Positions 8,582 through 17,272 of a stretch of 64,000 nt of DNA are shown one piece after another; position 1 is the stretch's first letter, and each line of letters starts with the position of its first letter. The notes below the pieces were generated by a model, which had not been told where the DNA came from, made no database searches, and was given only the letters and a program-made list of their open reading frames with translations. A program made the position numbers and the translations under genes. The DNA is from Thermoleophilaceae bacterium (GTDB lineage: Bacteria; Actinomycetota; Thermoleophilia; Solirubrobacterales; Thermoleophilaceae), in contig JBBECV010000008.1 of the NCBI GenBank assembly GCA_040881635.1, positions 596-64,595 of the forward strand, written 5' to 3'.

Positions 8582-9592
8582 ATGGCGGATCTGGCGGGCA
8601 CCACGGCAGCACCCCACGACGACGTCCAGGCGCGTCGCCCGACGACGCACGTCAGCCTGACGCGCGTCGGCGTGACCGGCGTCGAGAAGGTCATCCGGAT
8701 CGGCGTCGACGGCACCGAGCAGCTGTTCTTCTCCGAGCTCGAGTGCTTCGTCGACCTCGGCCCGCGCCAGAAGGGAGCGCACATGTCGCGCTTCGAGGAG
8801 GTCGTCAACGAGGCGATCGACGAGGTCGTGCTCGGCGAGGCGTTCAAGGCCGAGACGCTCGCGCAGCACATCGCCGAGCGCGTGCGCGACCGCCAGGACG
8901 CCCTGCGCGCCGAGGTGCGGATCGCCGCCCGCTACCCGGAGACGGTCGCGGCGCCGGCGTCGGGCTCGCCGACGCAGGAGATCTACACGCTGTTCGGCAG
9001 CGCCGTGGCGTCCGAGCGCGGCACGCGCCGGCTGATCGGCGTCGAAGCGCAGGGCATGACCGCCTGCCCGTGCGCGCAGGAGATGGTCACCGCGCGCTCG
9101 CGCGACCGGCTCGAGGCCGACGGCTTCACCGGCGAGGAGATCGAGCGCGTGCTGAGAGCGGTGCCGGTGGCGACGCACAACCAGCGCGGCATCGGCCGCC
9201 TGCACGTCGGCTGCGTCGAGGGCTCCACGAGCGAGATCGAGGCGCGCACGCTGCTGCGGATCGTCGAGCGCTCGATGAGCTCGGAGATCTACGAGCTGAT
9301 GAAGCGCAGCGACGAGGTCGAGGTCGTCGAGCGGGCGCACATGCACCCGCGCTTCGTCGAGGACTGCGTGCGCGAGATGGCGAGGATGGCCGTCGAGGAG
9401 CTCGACGGGTTCGAGGACGAGACGTTCCTGCTCGCCCGGCAGGAGAACCTCGAGACCATCCACCGCCACAACGTCGTCGCCGAGCGGCACGGGCTGCTCG
9501 AGGAGCTGCGGCGCGAGGTCGCCGACGAGGTCCACGTGCCCCACCACGTGACCATGCGCGAGTGGCTCGAGGACCGGCCGCTGCGCGGCTGA
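8582..9592 (+). CDS. folE2: GTP cyclohydrolase I type 2 (FolE2/MptA family)
   Basis: From the ATG at 8582. VSLTRVGVTGVEKVIRI...QKGAHMSRF...QGMTACPCAQEM...ATHNQRG are FolE2 hallmarks. The ORF portion upstream of 8582 is shadow. Confidence 0.85.
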   Translation: MADLAGTTAAPHDDVQARRPTTHVSLTRVGVTGVEKVIRIGVDGTEQLFFSELECFVDLGPRQKGAHMSRFEEVVNEAIDEVVLGEAFKAETLAQHIAERVRDRQDALRAEVRIAARYPETVAAPASGSPTQEIYTLFGSAVASERGTRRLIGVEAQGMTACPCAQEMVTARSRDRLEADGFTGEEIERVLRAVPVATHNQRGIGRLHVGCVEGSTSEIEARTLLRIVERSMSSEIYELMKRSDEVEVVERAHMHPRFVEDCVREMARMAVEELDGFEDETFLLARQENLETIHRHNVVAERHGLLEELRREVADEVHVPHHVTMREWLEDRPLRG

Positions 9593-9694
9593 CCGGCGCT
9601 CCCCTCAACCCCATCGAACATTCGTCCGCGGACGGGCCCGGCGGAATTCGCCGCTACTGCCCATGGGAACCGCTGCCGATGGGAATAGCAGCGC

Positions 9695-10138
9695 ATGAGC
9701 GCCACGATCCACACTCCGCTCTCCGAGGACGCCGCGCTCGTGGCGACGCTGGTGAGCACGGCGATCCCGTTCTCGCACTGCGCCGAGGACGAGGCCGAGC
9801 GCTGGCTGCGGGCGCTGCGACTGCACGGCCAGGTCGGCGCGGCGCTGCAGGGGCTCGGCGTCGGCGAGGCCCCGCTGGAGACCGAGGCGGACGCGCTCTG
9901 CGACGAGCCGAGCACCACGCCTCCGCTCGGCAAGGCCGCGATCGACCGCGCGCTCGGCGAGGCCGAGCGCCACGCCGCCGGGCGCGGCGCCACGACGATC
10001 GGCACCGCCGACCTGATGTGCGGGCTGCTCGACGTCTACGGCGAGCTGCTCGACCGTTCGCTCGAGGCGCGCGGCGCCACGCGGGCCGAGGTGCTGGAGC
10101 GGCTCGGCGAGCTCGAGGAGCATCCGGAGCGGACTTAG
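9695..10138 (+). CDS. Clp N-terminal (Clp_N repeat)-like small protein
   Basis: 147 aa. TADLMCGLLDVYGELLDRSLEARGATRAEVLERL resembles a Clp_N repeat. Confidence 0.45.
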   Translation: MSATIHTPLSEDAALVATLVSTAIPFSHCAEDEAERWLRALRLHGQVGAALQGLGVGEAPLETEADALCDEPSTTPPLGKAAIDRALGEAERHAAGRGATTIGTADLMCGLLDVYGELLDRSLEARGATRAEVLERLGELEEHPERT

Positions 10139-10210
10139 CGCTGCCGGGCAGTGAGACGCAGGTTGCGGCGGTATTTCCGCCGGAACGTGGGTCTCACTTT
10201 GCGGGCGGCG

Positions 10211-10783
10211 TCAGCGGTCGGGCACGGCGGGGCCACGCTGCTGGCGCGAGAGCTCCTCGAGCCGGCGACGGAAGTTGAGGAAGTAGTCGGCACCCGAGAC
10301 GATCGTGGTGAGGACCATCACGTAGACGAGCGCCTGGACCCAGACGGCGCCCGAGTCGGGGGCGGCGATCAGCGCCAGCACGGCCGCCGACTGGACGATC
10401 GTCTTGAGCTTGCCGAGGCCGCTCGCCGGGATCACGACGCCCTGCTGGCCGGCCGCGATCCGCAGGCCGCTGACGGCGAACTCGCGCGCGATGATGATCA
10501 TCGCGACCCAGGCGGCGACGCGATCGAGGCTGACGAGCGTGAGCAGGGCGGCGGCGATCAGGAGCTTGTCGGCGACCGGGTCCATCACCTTGCCGAAGGT
10601 GGTGATCGACTCGCGCGAGCGGGCGATGTAGCCGTCGAGCCCGTCGGTCAGCGCGGCCAGGATGAAGACCGCCGCCGCGATCGCCGAGCCGCCCTCCGCC
10701 TCGGTGCCGAGCGCGACGACGAGCACGGGCACCAGGAGGATGCGAAGGAGGGTCAGGACGTTGGGGACGTTGAGCGGGAACAT
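10211..10783 (-). CDS. pgsA: CDP-diacylglycerol--glycerol-3-phosphate 3-phosphatidyltransferase
   Basis: 190 aa. NVLTLLRILLVP...DGLDGYIARSR...GKVMDPVADKLL is the CDP-alcohol phosphatidyltransferase motif. Confidence 0.9.
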   Translation of the reverse strand: MFPLNVPNVLTLLRILLVPVLVVALGTEAEGGSAIAAAVFILAALTDGLDGYIARSRESITTFGKVMDPVADKLLIAAALLTLVSLDRVAAWVAMIIIAREFAVSGLRIAAGQQGVVIPASGLGKLKTIVQSAAVLALIAAPDSGAVWVQALVYVMVLTTIVSGADYFLNFRRRLEELSRQQRGPAVPDR

Positions 10784-10887
10784 TGGCGGTGGTGGGAGCG
10801 CCGAGGGATGATCCCCAACGGAGCTGACTTCGCAACGCTCCTCTGGGGATCATCCCGCGGCGCGACGACAGGTGCGGGCCGACCGGC

Positions 10888-11217
10888 TCAGCGCGGGCGC
10901 GGCGCGGCGGACGCGACGGGCGTCGGATGGCCGGGCGCGACCGGGGCTCGCCTGCGTCGGGCCATCCACTCGATCCCGAGCGTGCTGCCCACCGGCCCGG
11001 CGGGCGAGACCGTCGCGGCGAGGACCACCCAGGTGAAGGTGCCGCGCACCGCGCCGAATCCGACGAGGGCGCACAGCACGATCCAACCGACGCCGTGCGA
11101 CCAGCCGAGGATCAGCTTCGCCTCCTCGCTCCAACCGCCGATCGCAACCGTCATCAGCGCCGCGAACAGCGACAGCTCGACGAGCGAGTAGATGCGAATG
11201 GCGGTGAAGTAGCTCAC
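10888..11217 (-). CDS. Small integral membrane protein (DUF3817-like)
   Basis: 109 aa with three hydrophobic segments. The GWSHGVGWIVL motif resembles the DUF3817 G..HG core. Confidence 0.45.
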   Translation of the reverse strand: MSYFTAIRIYSLVELSLFAALMTVAIGGWSEEAKLILGWSHGVGWIVLCALVGFGAVRGTFTWVVLAATVSPAGPVGSTLGIEWMARRRRAPVAPGHPTPVASAAPRPR

Positions 11218-11266
11218 GGCATCGCAGAGGGTAGTCCGTGCCGAGGATCGCCCGACGGCGATCGGG

Positions 11267-12013
11267 CTAGGGAGCCAGATCCTTGCGGCGCATGGACCAC
11301 ATCTGCGCTGGGCGCTCGAGTTGGAGCGCGGCGGGCCAGGGGATGGCCGGGGGTCCGAGCTCGGTCCGGAGCGAGCGGGCGGTTGCGCGGGCGAGCTGGG
11401 GATCGGCGGCGGGGACCGCGGCGAGCTCGGCGGCGCGAGCGTCGACGTCGGCGTCGTCGAGCGCCTCCCAGGCGAGGCCGAGATCGGCGGCGCGGGCGCC
11501 GTCGATGCGCTCGCCGAAGAGGGTGAGCGCGGCCGCCGCCTCGCGGACGCCGGTGCGGCCGAGCAGGGCGGCGTGGCCGCCGCCAGGGTGCAGGCCGATC
11601 GGGAGGAAGCCGGAGATCAGCTTCGCGTCGCGCGCCACGACGCGGACGTCGGTCGCGAACGCGAGGTTCATGCCGGCGCCGACGGCGCCGCCGCGGATCG
11701 CCGCGACGGTCGGCGGCTCGAGCTCGCCGACGCGGGCGAACGAGCGGTAGACGTCGCCGAGCCCGGCGTAGGCCTCGGGGGCGGCGGGGTCGCGGCCGGC
11801 GTCGGCGAGCGTCTGGCGGTCGCCGCCGGCGCAGAAGAAGCCGCCCTCGCCGCGGACCACGACGGCGCCGACCTCGGGGTCGGCGTCGATCTCGTCGCAC
11901 GCCTCGACGAGCGCTCGCGCCATCGCGTGCGTGAGCGCGTTGCGACGGTCGGGCGCGTTGAGGACGATGGTCGCGACGCCGCCGTCGCGCTCGAGCAGGA
12001 TCTCGTCGGACAT
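11267..12013 (-). CDS. Enoyl-CoA hydratase/isomerase (crotonase) family protein
   Basis: 248 aa. VATIVLNAPDRRNALT...AVVVRGEGGFFCAGGD is the crotonase signature. Confidence 0.9.
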   Translation of the reverse strand: MSDEILLERDGGVATIVLNAPDRRNALTHAMARALVEACDEIDADPEVGAVVVRGEGGFFCAGGDRQTLADAGRDPAAPEAYAGLGDVYRSFARVGELEPPTVAAIRGGAVGAGMNLAFATDVRVVARDAKLISGFLPIGLHPGGGHAALLGRTGVREAAAALTLFGERIDGARAADLGLAWEALDDADVDARAAELAAVPAADPQLARATARSLRTELGPPAIPWPAALQLERPAQMWSMRRKDLAP

Positions 12014-12095
12014 CGCCGCCGGACGCTATCCGAATGCGGCGCGGCGGCGGGGGTGGGCACGTTGCGGCCGGAGTACGGCCGAGGCCGGCCCGGGC

Positions 12096-13109
12096 TCACT
12101 CGGCGCGGCGCTCGTACCTGCGCTTCTGGTCGTCGTCGAGCTTCTTGGTGTCGCGCGGCTCGACGAAGGGCTCCTCGCCCGGTCGGACGTGGCCGGCGTC
12201 GATCCGGCGGCCGCGCTCGAGCTCGGCGTTGAGCTCGGCGCCGAAGAGGATCGCGAGGTTCGTGATCCAGAGCCAGATGAGGAAGACGATCACGCCGGCG
12301 ACGGCTCCGTAGGTGGCGTTGTAGGAGCTGAAGCTCGCCACGTAGAAGGCGAACGCGAGGGACGCGACGATCCACAGCACGACCGCGACGAGGCCGCCCG
12401 GGCTGATCCAGCGGAAGCCCGGCTGCTTGACGTTCGGCGCCGCCCAGTAGAGGAAGGCGAACATGAAGCTGACCAGGATCACGAGCACCGGCCACTTGGC
12501 GATCTCCCAGATCGTGACCGCCGTGTCGCCGACGCCGATCGCGCTGCCGACCTCCTCGGCGAGCGGTCCGGTCACGGTGACGCCGATCGCGAGCAGCGCC
12601 AGCAGCGCCAGCATCGCGACCGTGATCCCGACGCGCAGGCCGAGCGTCTTGTAGAGCGGGCGGCCCTCGCCGATCTCGTAGATCGAGTTGGACGCGCGCA
12701 CGAAGGCGGCGACGTATCCGGAGGCCGCCCAGATGGCGCCCGCAAGGCTGGCGACGAAGACGAGCGTCGCCGCGCCGGAGCTGCCCTGGAGGTTCTCGAG
12801 CGCGCTCGAGAGCAGGTCGCGCGCGGGGCCGGGCGCGAGGTCCTCGACGTTCTGGAGCAGGTTGTCGAGCGTGTTGCCGCCGATCAGTCCCAGGATCGAT
12901 ACGGCCGCCAGCAGCGCCGGGAAGATCGACAGGATCCCGTAGTAGGTCAGCGCCGCCGCCCAGTCGGTCAGGTTGTCGGCCATGAACCCCTTGCCGGCGC
13001 GCTTGAGCACGCCGCCCTTCGAGCTCAGGCCGGCCGGGCTGTCGGGGCCGTCGCGGCGGTCGTGGCCCCGGTCCCCGGCGCGATCCTCGCGTGTCGACTC
13101 CCGCGCCAT
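12096..13109 (-). CDS. YihY/BrkB-family membrane protein
   Basis: 337 aa. LTDWAAALTYYGILSIFPALLA plus multiple TM segments is typical of YihY. Confidence 0.85.
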   Translation of the reverse strand: MARESTREDRAGDRGHDRRDGPDSPAGLSSKGGVLKRAGKGFMADNLTDWAAALTYYGILSIFPALLAAVSILGLIGGNTLDNLLQNVEDLAPGPARDLLSSALENLQGSSGAATLVFVASLAGAIWAASGYVAAFVRASNSIYEIGEGRPLYKTLGLRVGITVAMLALLALLAIGVTVTGPLAEEVGSAIGVGDTAVTIWEIAKWPVLVILVSFMFAFLYWAAPNVKQPGFRWISPGGLVAVVLWIVASLAFAFYVASFSSYNATYGAVAGVIVFLIWLWITNLAILFGAELNAELERGRRIDAGHVRPGEEPFVEPRDTKKLDDDQKRRYERRAE

Positions 13110-13120
13110 CGCCTACCTCC

Positions 13121-13384
13121 TCAGTCGCCCGGCCAGACGCCGGTCATTCGCTCGAAGCCGCGGGCTCCGCCGCGGGTCACGACGGCCTTGACGACCGCGA
13201 AGATCGCCCCCTGGAGGGCCGCGGCGGCGAGGATCTCGCGCCAGCCGTACTCGCCCTGCTGCGGGGTCGGCGGATCGTCCTCGTTGGAGACCCGCTTCCA
13301 GACCTGCTTGAAGATGGTGCTGGCGAGCAGGCCGCTCAGCATTCCCGAGAGGATCCCGAACGGCGCGTAGACGACCTTGACCAT
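13121..13384 (-). CDS. DUF4235 domain protein
   Basis: 87 aa. GMLSGLLASTIFKQVWK ... ERMTGVWPGD matches the DUF4235 layout. Confidence 0.65.
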   Translation of the reverse strand: MVKVVYAPFGILSGMLSGLLASTIFKQVWKRVSNEDDPPTPQQGEYGWREILAAAALQGAIFAVVKAVVTRGGARGFERMTGVWPGD

Positions 13385-13387
13385 CGC

Positions 13388-13723
13388 CTACCCCCTGCGC
13401 CGGCGCAGGATCGCGAGGGCGAGGATGGCGACCGCCATGGCCGCCGCGACCGACTGCGTCTGGCGGCGGCCCGCCTGGGCGGCGACCCGATGCTGCGCGC
13501 GGTCGGTGGCCTCCCTGAGCGCCCGCTTCTGCTCCTCGACGCGTCCGCGCACGTCGGTGATCGAGTCCGCCTTGTCGGCGAGCGCCTCGACGGTCTCGCC
13601 GAGGTCGCGGCGCGTCTCGACGATGCTGGCGCGAAGCAGGGAGACCTCCTCGTCCGCGCTCATGCCGTCGCGCCTGGCGGAGGCCTGGCGCGCCGCAACC
13701 GGTGGCTGCTCGCGCGAGCTCAT
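13388..13723 (-). CDS. DUF3618 domain protein (C-terminal membrane anchor)
   Basis: 111 aa. IVETRRDLGETVEALADK plus a C-terminal TM segment AAAMAVAILALAIL. It has a 4-nt overlap with the upstream gene. Confidence 0.6.
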   Translation of the reverse strand: MSSREQPPVAARQASARRDGMSADEEVSLLRASIVETRRDLGETVEALADKADSITDVRGRVEEQKRALREATDRAQHRVAAQAGRRQTQSVAAAMAVAILALAILRRRRG

Positions 13724-14001
13724 CGGCGTGCGCTCTCGCGCAGGTGCTCGACGTCGTGCCTGGTCGTCTGGATCGCCTGCTCCGGCTTGAGCGGCGACGC
13801 GTCACCGACCTCCTTGCGACCGACGAGGGCGGTGATGCCGGCCGCGCCGAAGATGCCGGCGCCGATGCCGGCGTGCCTGCCCTTCTCCTGGAGCTCGAGC
13901 TGGGCGAGCCGCAGCTCCTGGCGGACGAGCTGGCCCGTCTGCGCAGACAGCCGCTGGACGACCTCGCCGATCGACCGGTCGTCCGCCGTATGAACCGCCA
14001 T
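13720..14001 (-). CDS. Actinobacterial holin-X-like protein, apparently internally shortened
   Basis: 93 aa. SIGEVVQRLSAQTGQLVRQELRLAQLELQEKGRHAGIGAGIFGAAGITALVGRKEV matches the N-terminus and the post-TM GRK..PEQ tail of this family. Only about one hydrophobic segment is present instead of two. Confidence 0.5.
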   Translation of the reverse strand: MAVHTADDRSIGEVVQRLSAQTGQLVRQELRLAQLELQEKGRHAGIGAGIFGAAGITALVGRKEVGDASPLKPEQAIQTTRHDVEHLRESARR

Positions 14002-14119
14002 CGCTCACCTCCGCGCTGTCGCCTGTCGGTATCGGGCCGTGCTCCCAGCCCGATCAGGTCTTACCGGGCTGGGAGCGCTGCGAAACCTGCGCGGCGCGGC
14101 GGTCGGGCGCCGCCGGCGA

Positions 14120-14683
14120 TCACCCCACGGGGCGGCCGTTCGGCTTGACGACGAGCCAGAGGCCGCCGAACTCGTCGACGTCGTGGCAGAGGATCGTGCC
14201 GGGCGAGTCGTCCTTGTAGTAGTAGAGCGGGTGGCCGGCGTAGGTCACCTGGCGCCCGCCGCCACGGCGGCGAGTCGTTCCGAGCAGGCCCTGCTTGGCG
14301 CCCCTGCCGGCACGCGGGCGGCCCTTGGCGAGCACGGGCGGCCACGCCTTCGCGCAGGCGCCGTAGCACTCGCTCCGCTTCGTGTCCTCCCTGTCGAAGA
14401 GGTAGAGCGCCTCGCCCTTGCGGTCGGCGACGACCCGGCCGTACTGCGAGCGCACGACCTTGACGACTGCGCCCCGGCGCTTGGCCTTCATCGCATCGTC
14501 AGCCTTCATCGCGTCGTCGGCGGCCATCTTGTCCTCGTCCTTCATCGCCACGTCGGATGTCTTCTCCATCGCGGCGCCGGCGGCGGCGCGCGGCGCGCCG
14601 CCGTCGCCGTTCGCGTCGTCGTCGCCACAGCCGGCAGCCACCAGTGCCGCGAGCGCGAGCGCGAGAAGTGTCATTCGACTCAT
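14120..14683 (-). CDS. Secreted lipoprotein (COG4315-type repeat)
   Basis: 187 aa with a lipobox signal LALALAALVAAGC. Two repeats are present: GEALYLFDRED...CYGACAKAWPP and GHPLYYYKDD. Confidence 0.75.
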   Translation of the reverse strand: MSRMTLLALALAALVAAGCGDDDANGDGGAPRAAAGAAMEKTSDVAMKDEDKMAADDAMKADDAMKAKRRGAVVKVVRSQYGRVVADRKGEALYLFDREDTKRSECYGACAKAWPPVLAKGRPRAGRGAKQGLLGTTRRRGGGRQVTYAGHPLYYYKDDSPGTILCHDVDEFGGLWLVVKPNGRPVG

Positions 14684-14730
14684 CGGTGCCTCCGTCTTCG
14701 TAGGGTCTCGTGGCGAGTATCCACCGGGCT

Positions 14731-14776
14731 GCTTACGAGTCCATTACGGCGCGACGGCCGTAATGGACTCGTAAGC
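14731..14776. promoter_or_regulatory. Perfect 20-bp inverted repeat (6-nt spacer) in a divergent intergenic region; candidate operator
   Basis: GCTTACGAGTCCATTACGGC gcgacg GCCGTAATGGACTCGTAAGC. It lies 22 nt upstream of the dipZ ATG and 48 nt upstream of the divergent lipoprotein gene. It is noticeably AT-richer than its surroundings. Confidence 0.55.
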
Positions 14777-14798
14777 GGGGACTGAGAGAGTCGCTGCC

Positions 14799-16544
14799 AT
14801 GGTCGTCCTGATGGCATTCGCGTTCGTCGCCGGCGCGGCGACGGCGCTCTCGCCCTGCGTGCTGCCGGTGCTGCCGGTGGTGTTGTCGGCCGGGGTCACC
14901 GGCGGCAGGCGCAGGCCGCTCGGCGTGGTGACCGGCCTCGCGCTGTCGTTCGCGTTCGCGACGGTCGCGCTCGTCTACGTCATCGACGCGCTCGGACTGC
15001 CCGACGACCTGCTGCGCAACGTCGCGATCGCCGTGCTGCTCGGCTTCGGCGTCGCGCTGCTCGCACCGCCCGTCGCGGCGCGGCTCGAGGCGTGGATCGG
15101 CCGCATCGTGCCTGTCCCGCAGGGCCGTCCCGGACGCGACGGCGGCTTCGGCTCGGGGATGCTCGTCGGCGGCAGCCTGGGCTTCGTCTACGCGCCGTGC
15201 GCCGGGCCGATCCTCGCGGGCGTGATCACCGTGTCGGCCTCGCAGCCGCTCACGGCGGGACGCCTCGGCGTGGCGGCGTCCTACGCGATCGGCAGCGCGG
15301 TCGTCCTGTACCTCCTGATGCTCGGCGGGCGGCGGATCACGAGCCGCCTCGCCCCCCACGCCGGCCGGCTGCAGATGGGCATGGGCGCGCTGATGGTCGT
15401 CGTCGCGGCGCTGATGGTCGCCGACTACGACGTGCGCTTCCAGACGGCGATCGCCGACGACCTGCCGGCGTTCGTGGTCAACCCCACGAAGGCGCTCGAG
15501 GAGACCGACGGCGTTCGCCGCGAGCTCGATGGCCTGCGCGAGCTGCGTGAGGGCGTCGGGACCGCCGACGCGGCGGCGGCGAGCGCGGGCGGCGGCTCCG
15601 GGCTGCCGGTGCTCGGCGTGGCGCCCGACTTCGTCGGCACCCAGCAGTGGTTCAACACTCCGCGCGGCGCACCGCTCTCGCTCCGCGACCTGCGCGGGCG
15701 GGTCGTGCTCGTCGACTTCTGGACCTACACCTGCATCAACTGCATCCGCACGCTGCCCGAGCTGAGGTCCTGGGACGAGCGCTACCGCGGCAAGGGGCTG
15801 ACGATCGTCGGCGTGCACACGCCCGAGTTCCCGTTCGAGCGCGATCCCGGCAACGTGCGCGCCGCGATCGAGCAGAACGGGCTGCGCTACGCCGTCGCCC
15901 AGGACAACGACTACGCGACCTGGGACGCGTACGCGAACCGCTACTGGCCGGCGAAGTACCTGATCGACGCGCGCGGGCGGGTCCGGTACACGCACTTCGG
16001 CGAGGGCGACTACGAGGAGACCGAGCAGGCGATCCGCGATCTGCTCGCCGAGGCCGGCCGCCGCCCGGGCTCCCGCGCGCACGCCCGGGCCGAGCGGGCG
16101 TCGCCGTTCGTGACCACGCCCGAGAGCTACCTGGGCGCCGCACGCGCCGACCGCTTCGTCAACGGTCCGATCCCCTCCGGCACCCGGACCTTCCGGGTGC
16201 CGGCGTCCGGCCTGCCCCCCGACAGCCTCGCCTACGAGGGGACCTGGCGGATCGTCGCGGACTCCGCGACGGCCGTGAGCGGATCGCGCCTGCACCTGGC
16301 GTTCGGCGCGCGACGCGTCTTCCTCGTGCTCGGCTCGCGCGGCGGTCGGCCGCGGCCGGTCCGCGTGCTGCTCGACGGCCGGCCGCTGCCGGCGCGGCTG
16401 GCGGGCGAGGACGTCCGCGGCGGCGTGGCGACCGTGCGGCGCGAGGAGCTGTACAGGCTGATCGACCTGCCGCGACCCGAGCGCCACGTGCTCACCCTCC
16501 AGCTGCCGCCCGGGGTCTCCGGCTACGCGTTCACGTTCGGATGA
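14799..16544 (+). CDS. dipZ: Cytochrome c biogenesis/thiol-disulfide protein DipZ (CcdA membrane domain + thioredoxin-like + C-terminal domain)
   Basis: 581 aa. The N-terminus has CcdA-like TM helices (ALSPCVLPVLP). The redoxin domain reads VLVDFWTYTCINCIRTLP...YWPAKYLIDARG. Confidence 0.85.
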   Translation: MVVLMAFAFVAGAATALSPCVLPVLPVVLSAGVTGGRRRPLGVVTGLALSFAFATVALVYVIDALGLPDDLLRNVAIAVLLGFGVALLAPPVAARLEAWIGRIVPVPQGRPGRDGGFGSGMLVGGSLGFVYAPCAGPILAGVITVSASQPLTAGRLGVAASYAIGSAVVLYLLMLGGRRITSRLAPHAGRLQMGMGALMVVVAALMVADYDVRFQTAIADDLPAFVVNPTKALEETDGVRRELDGLRELREGVGTADAAAASAGGGSGLPVLGVAPDFVGTQQWFNTPRGAPLSLRDLRGRVVLVDFWTYTCINCIRTLPELRSWDERYRGKGLTIVGVHTPEFPFERDPGNVRAAIEQNGLRYAVAQDNDYATWDAYANRYWPAKYLIDARGRVRYTHFGEGDYEETEQAIRDLLAEAGRRPGSRAHARAERASPFVTTPESYLGAARADRFVNGPIPSGTRTFRVPASGLPPDSLAYEGTWRIVADSATAVSGSRLHLAFGARRVFLVLGSRGGRPRPVRVLLDGRPLPARLAGEDVRGGVATVRREELYRLIDLPRPERHVLTLQLPPGVSGYAFTFG

Positions 16545-17272
16545 GCCCGCACGCTGCCACAATCGATCCCATGGTCGACCCAGCGGCTCGACGCACGGTG
16601 CTGGTGGTCGATGACGAGCCGACGATCGCCGAGGTGGTCTCCCGCTACCTCGAGCGGGCCGGCTACGACGCCCCGACCGCCGGCGACGGGCTCGAGGCGC
16701 TGCGCCTCGCCGGCGAGCGCGAGCCGGACCTGGTCGTGCTCGACCTGATGCTGCCCGAGATCGGGGGGCTGGAGGTGCTGCGGCGGCTGCGCGAGCGCGC
16801 CGGGGCGCGGACGCCGGTGATCCTGCTGACCGCGAAGGGCGAGCAGAACGACCGCATCGCCGGGCTGCGCAGCGGCGCCGACGACTACGTCGTCAAGCCG
16901 TTCTCGCCGAACGAGCTCGTCGCGCGCGTGGACGCGGTGCTGCGCAGGGCCGATCCACCCACGCGGGACGCCGAGCCGCTGCGCTTCGGCGAGCTGGAGA
17001 TCGACGCGCGCGGCCGGCGCGCCGCGGTCGCCGGGCGGGACGTCGCGCTCAGCCAGCGCGAGTTCGACCTGCTCGACTTCCTCGCCCACCACCCCGGCCA
17101 GGCGTTCTCGCGCGACCAGCTGATGGACCGCGTGTGGGAGTCTGCCGCGCTGTCGGACACCAGCACCGTGACCGTCCACGTCCGCCGCCTGCGCGCGAAG
17201 ATCGAGCCCGACCCCGAGCGCCCCCGCTACGTCCAGACCGTGTGGGGCGTCGGCTACCGGTTCCAGCCATGA
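16541..17272 (+). CDS. OmpR-family response regulator
   Basis: 243 aa from the ATG at 16541, with an ATGA overlap with dipZ. Receiver domain VLVVDDEP...DLVVLDLMLP...LTAK. Winged-helix output domain ...VQTVWGVGYRF. Confidence 0.9.
   Translation: MSPHAATIDPMVDPAARRTVLVVDDEPTIAEVVSRYLERAGYDAPTAGDGLEALRLAGEREPDLVVLDLMLPEIGGLEVLRRLRERAGARTPVILLTAKGEQNDRIAGLRSGADDYVVKPFSPNELVARVDAVLRRADPPTRDAEPLRFGELEIDARGRRAAVAGRDVALSQREFDLLDFLAHHPGQAFSRDQLMDRVWESAALSDTSTVTVHVRRLRAKIEPDPERPRYVQTVWGVGYRFQP

Noticed and set aside
8381-10278. 388-aa minus-strand and 592-aa plus-strand ORFs overlapping folE2 and the Clp_N-like gene
   Set aside because: They are shadow frames of a well-supported gene, with extreme Arg/Ala/Asp bias and no recognisable motifs.
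14733-16562. 609-aa minus-strand ORF antisense to dipZ
   Set aside because: dipZ on the plus strand has clear CcdA and thioredoxin motifs. The antisense product is Arg/Ala/Gly-rich with no motifs.
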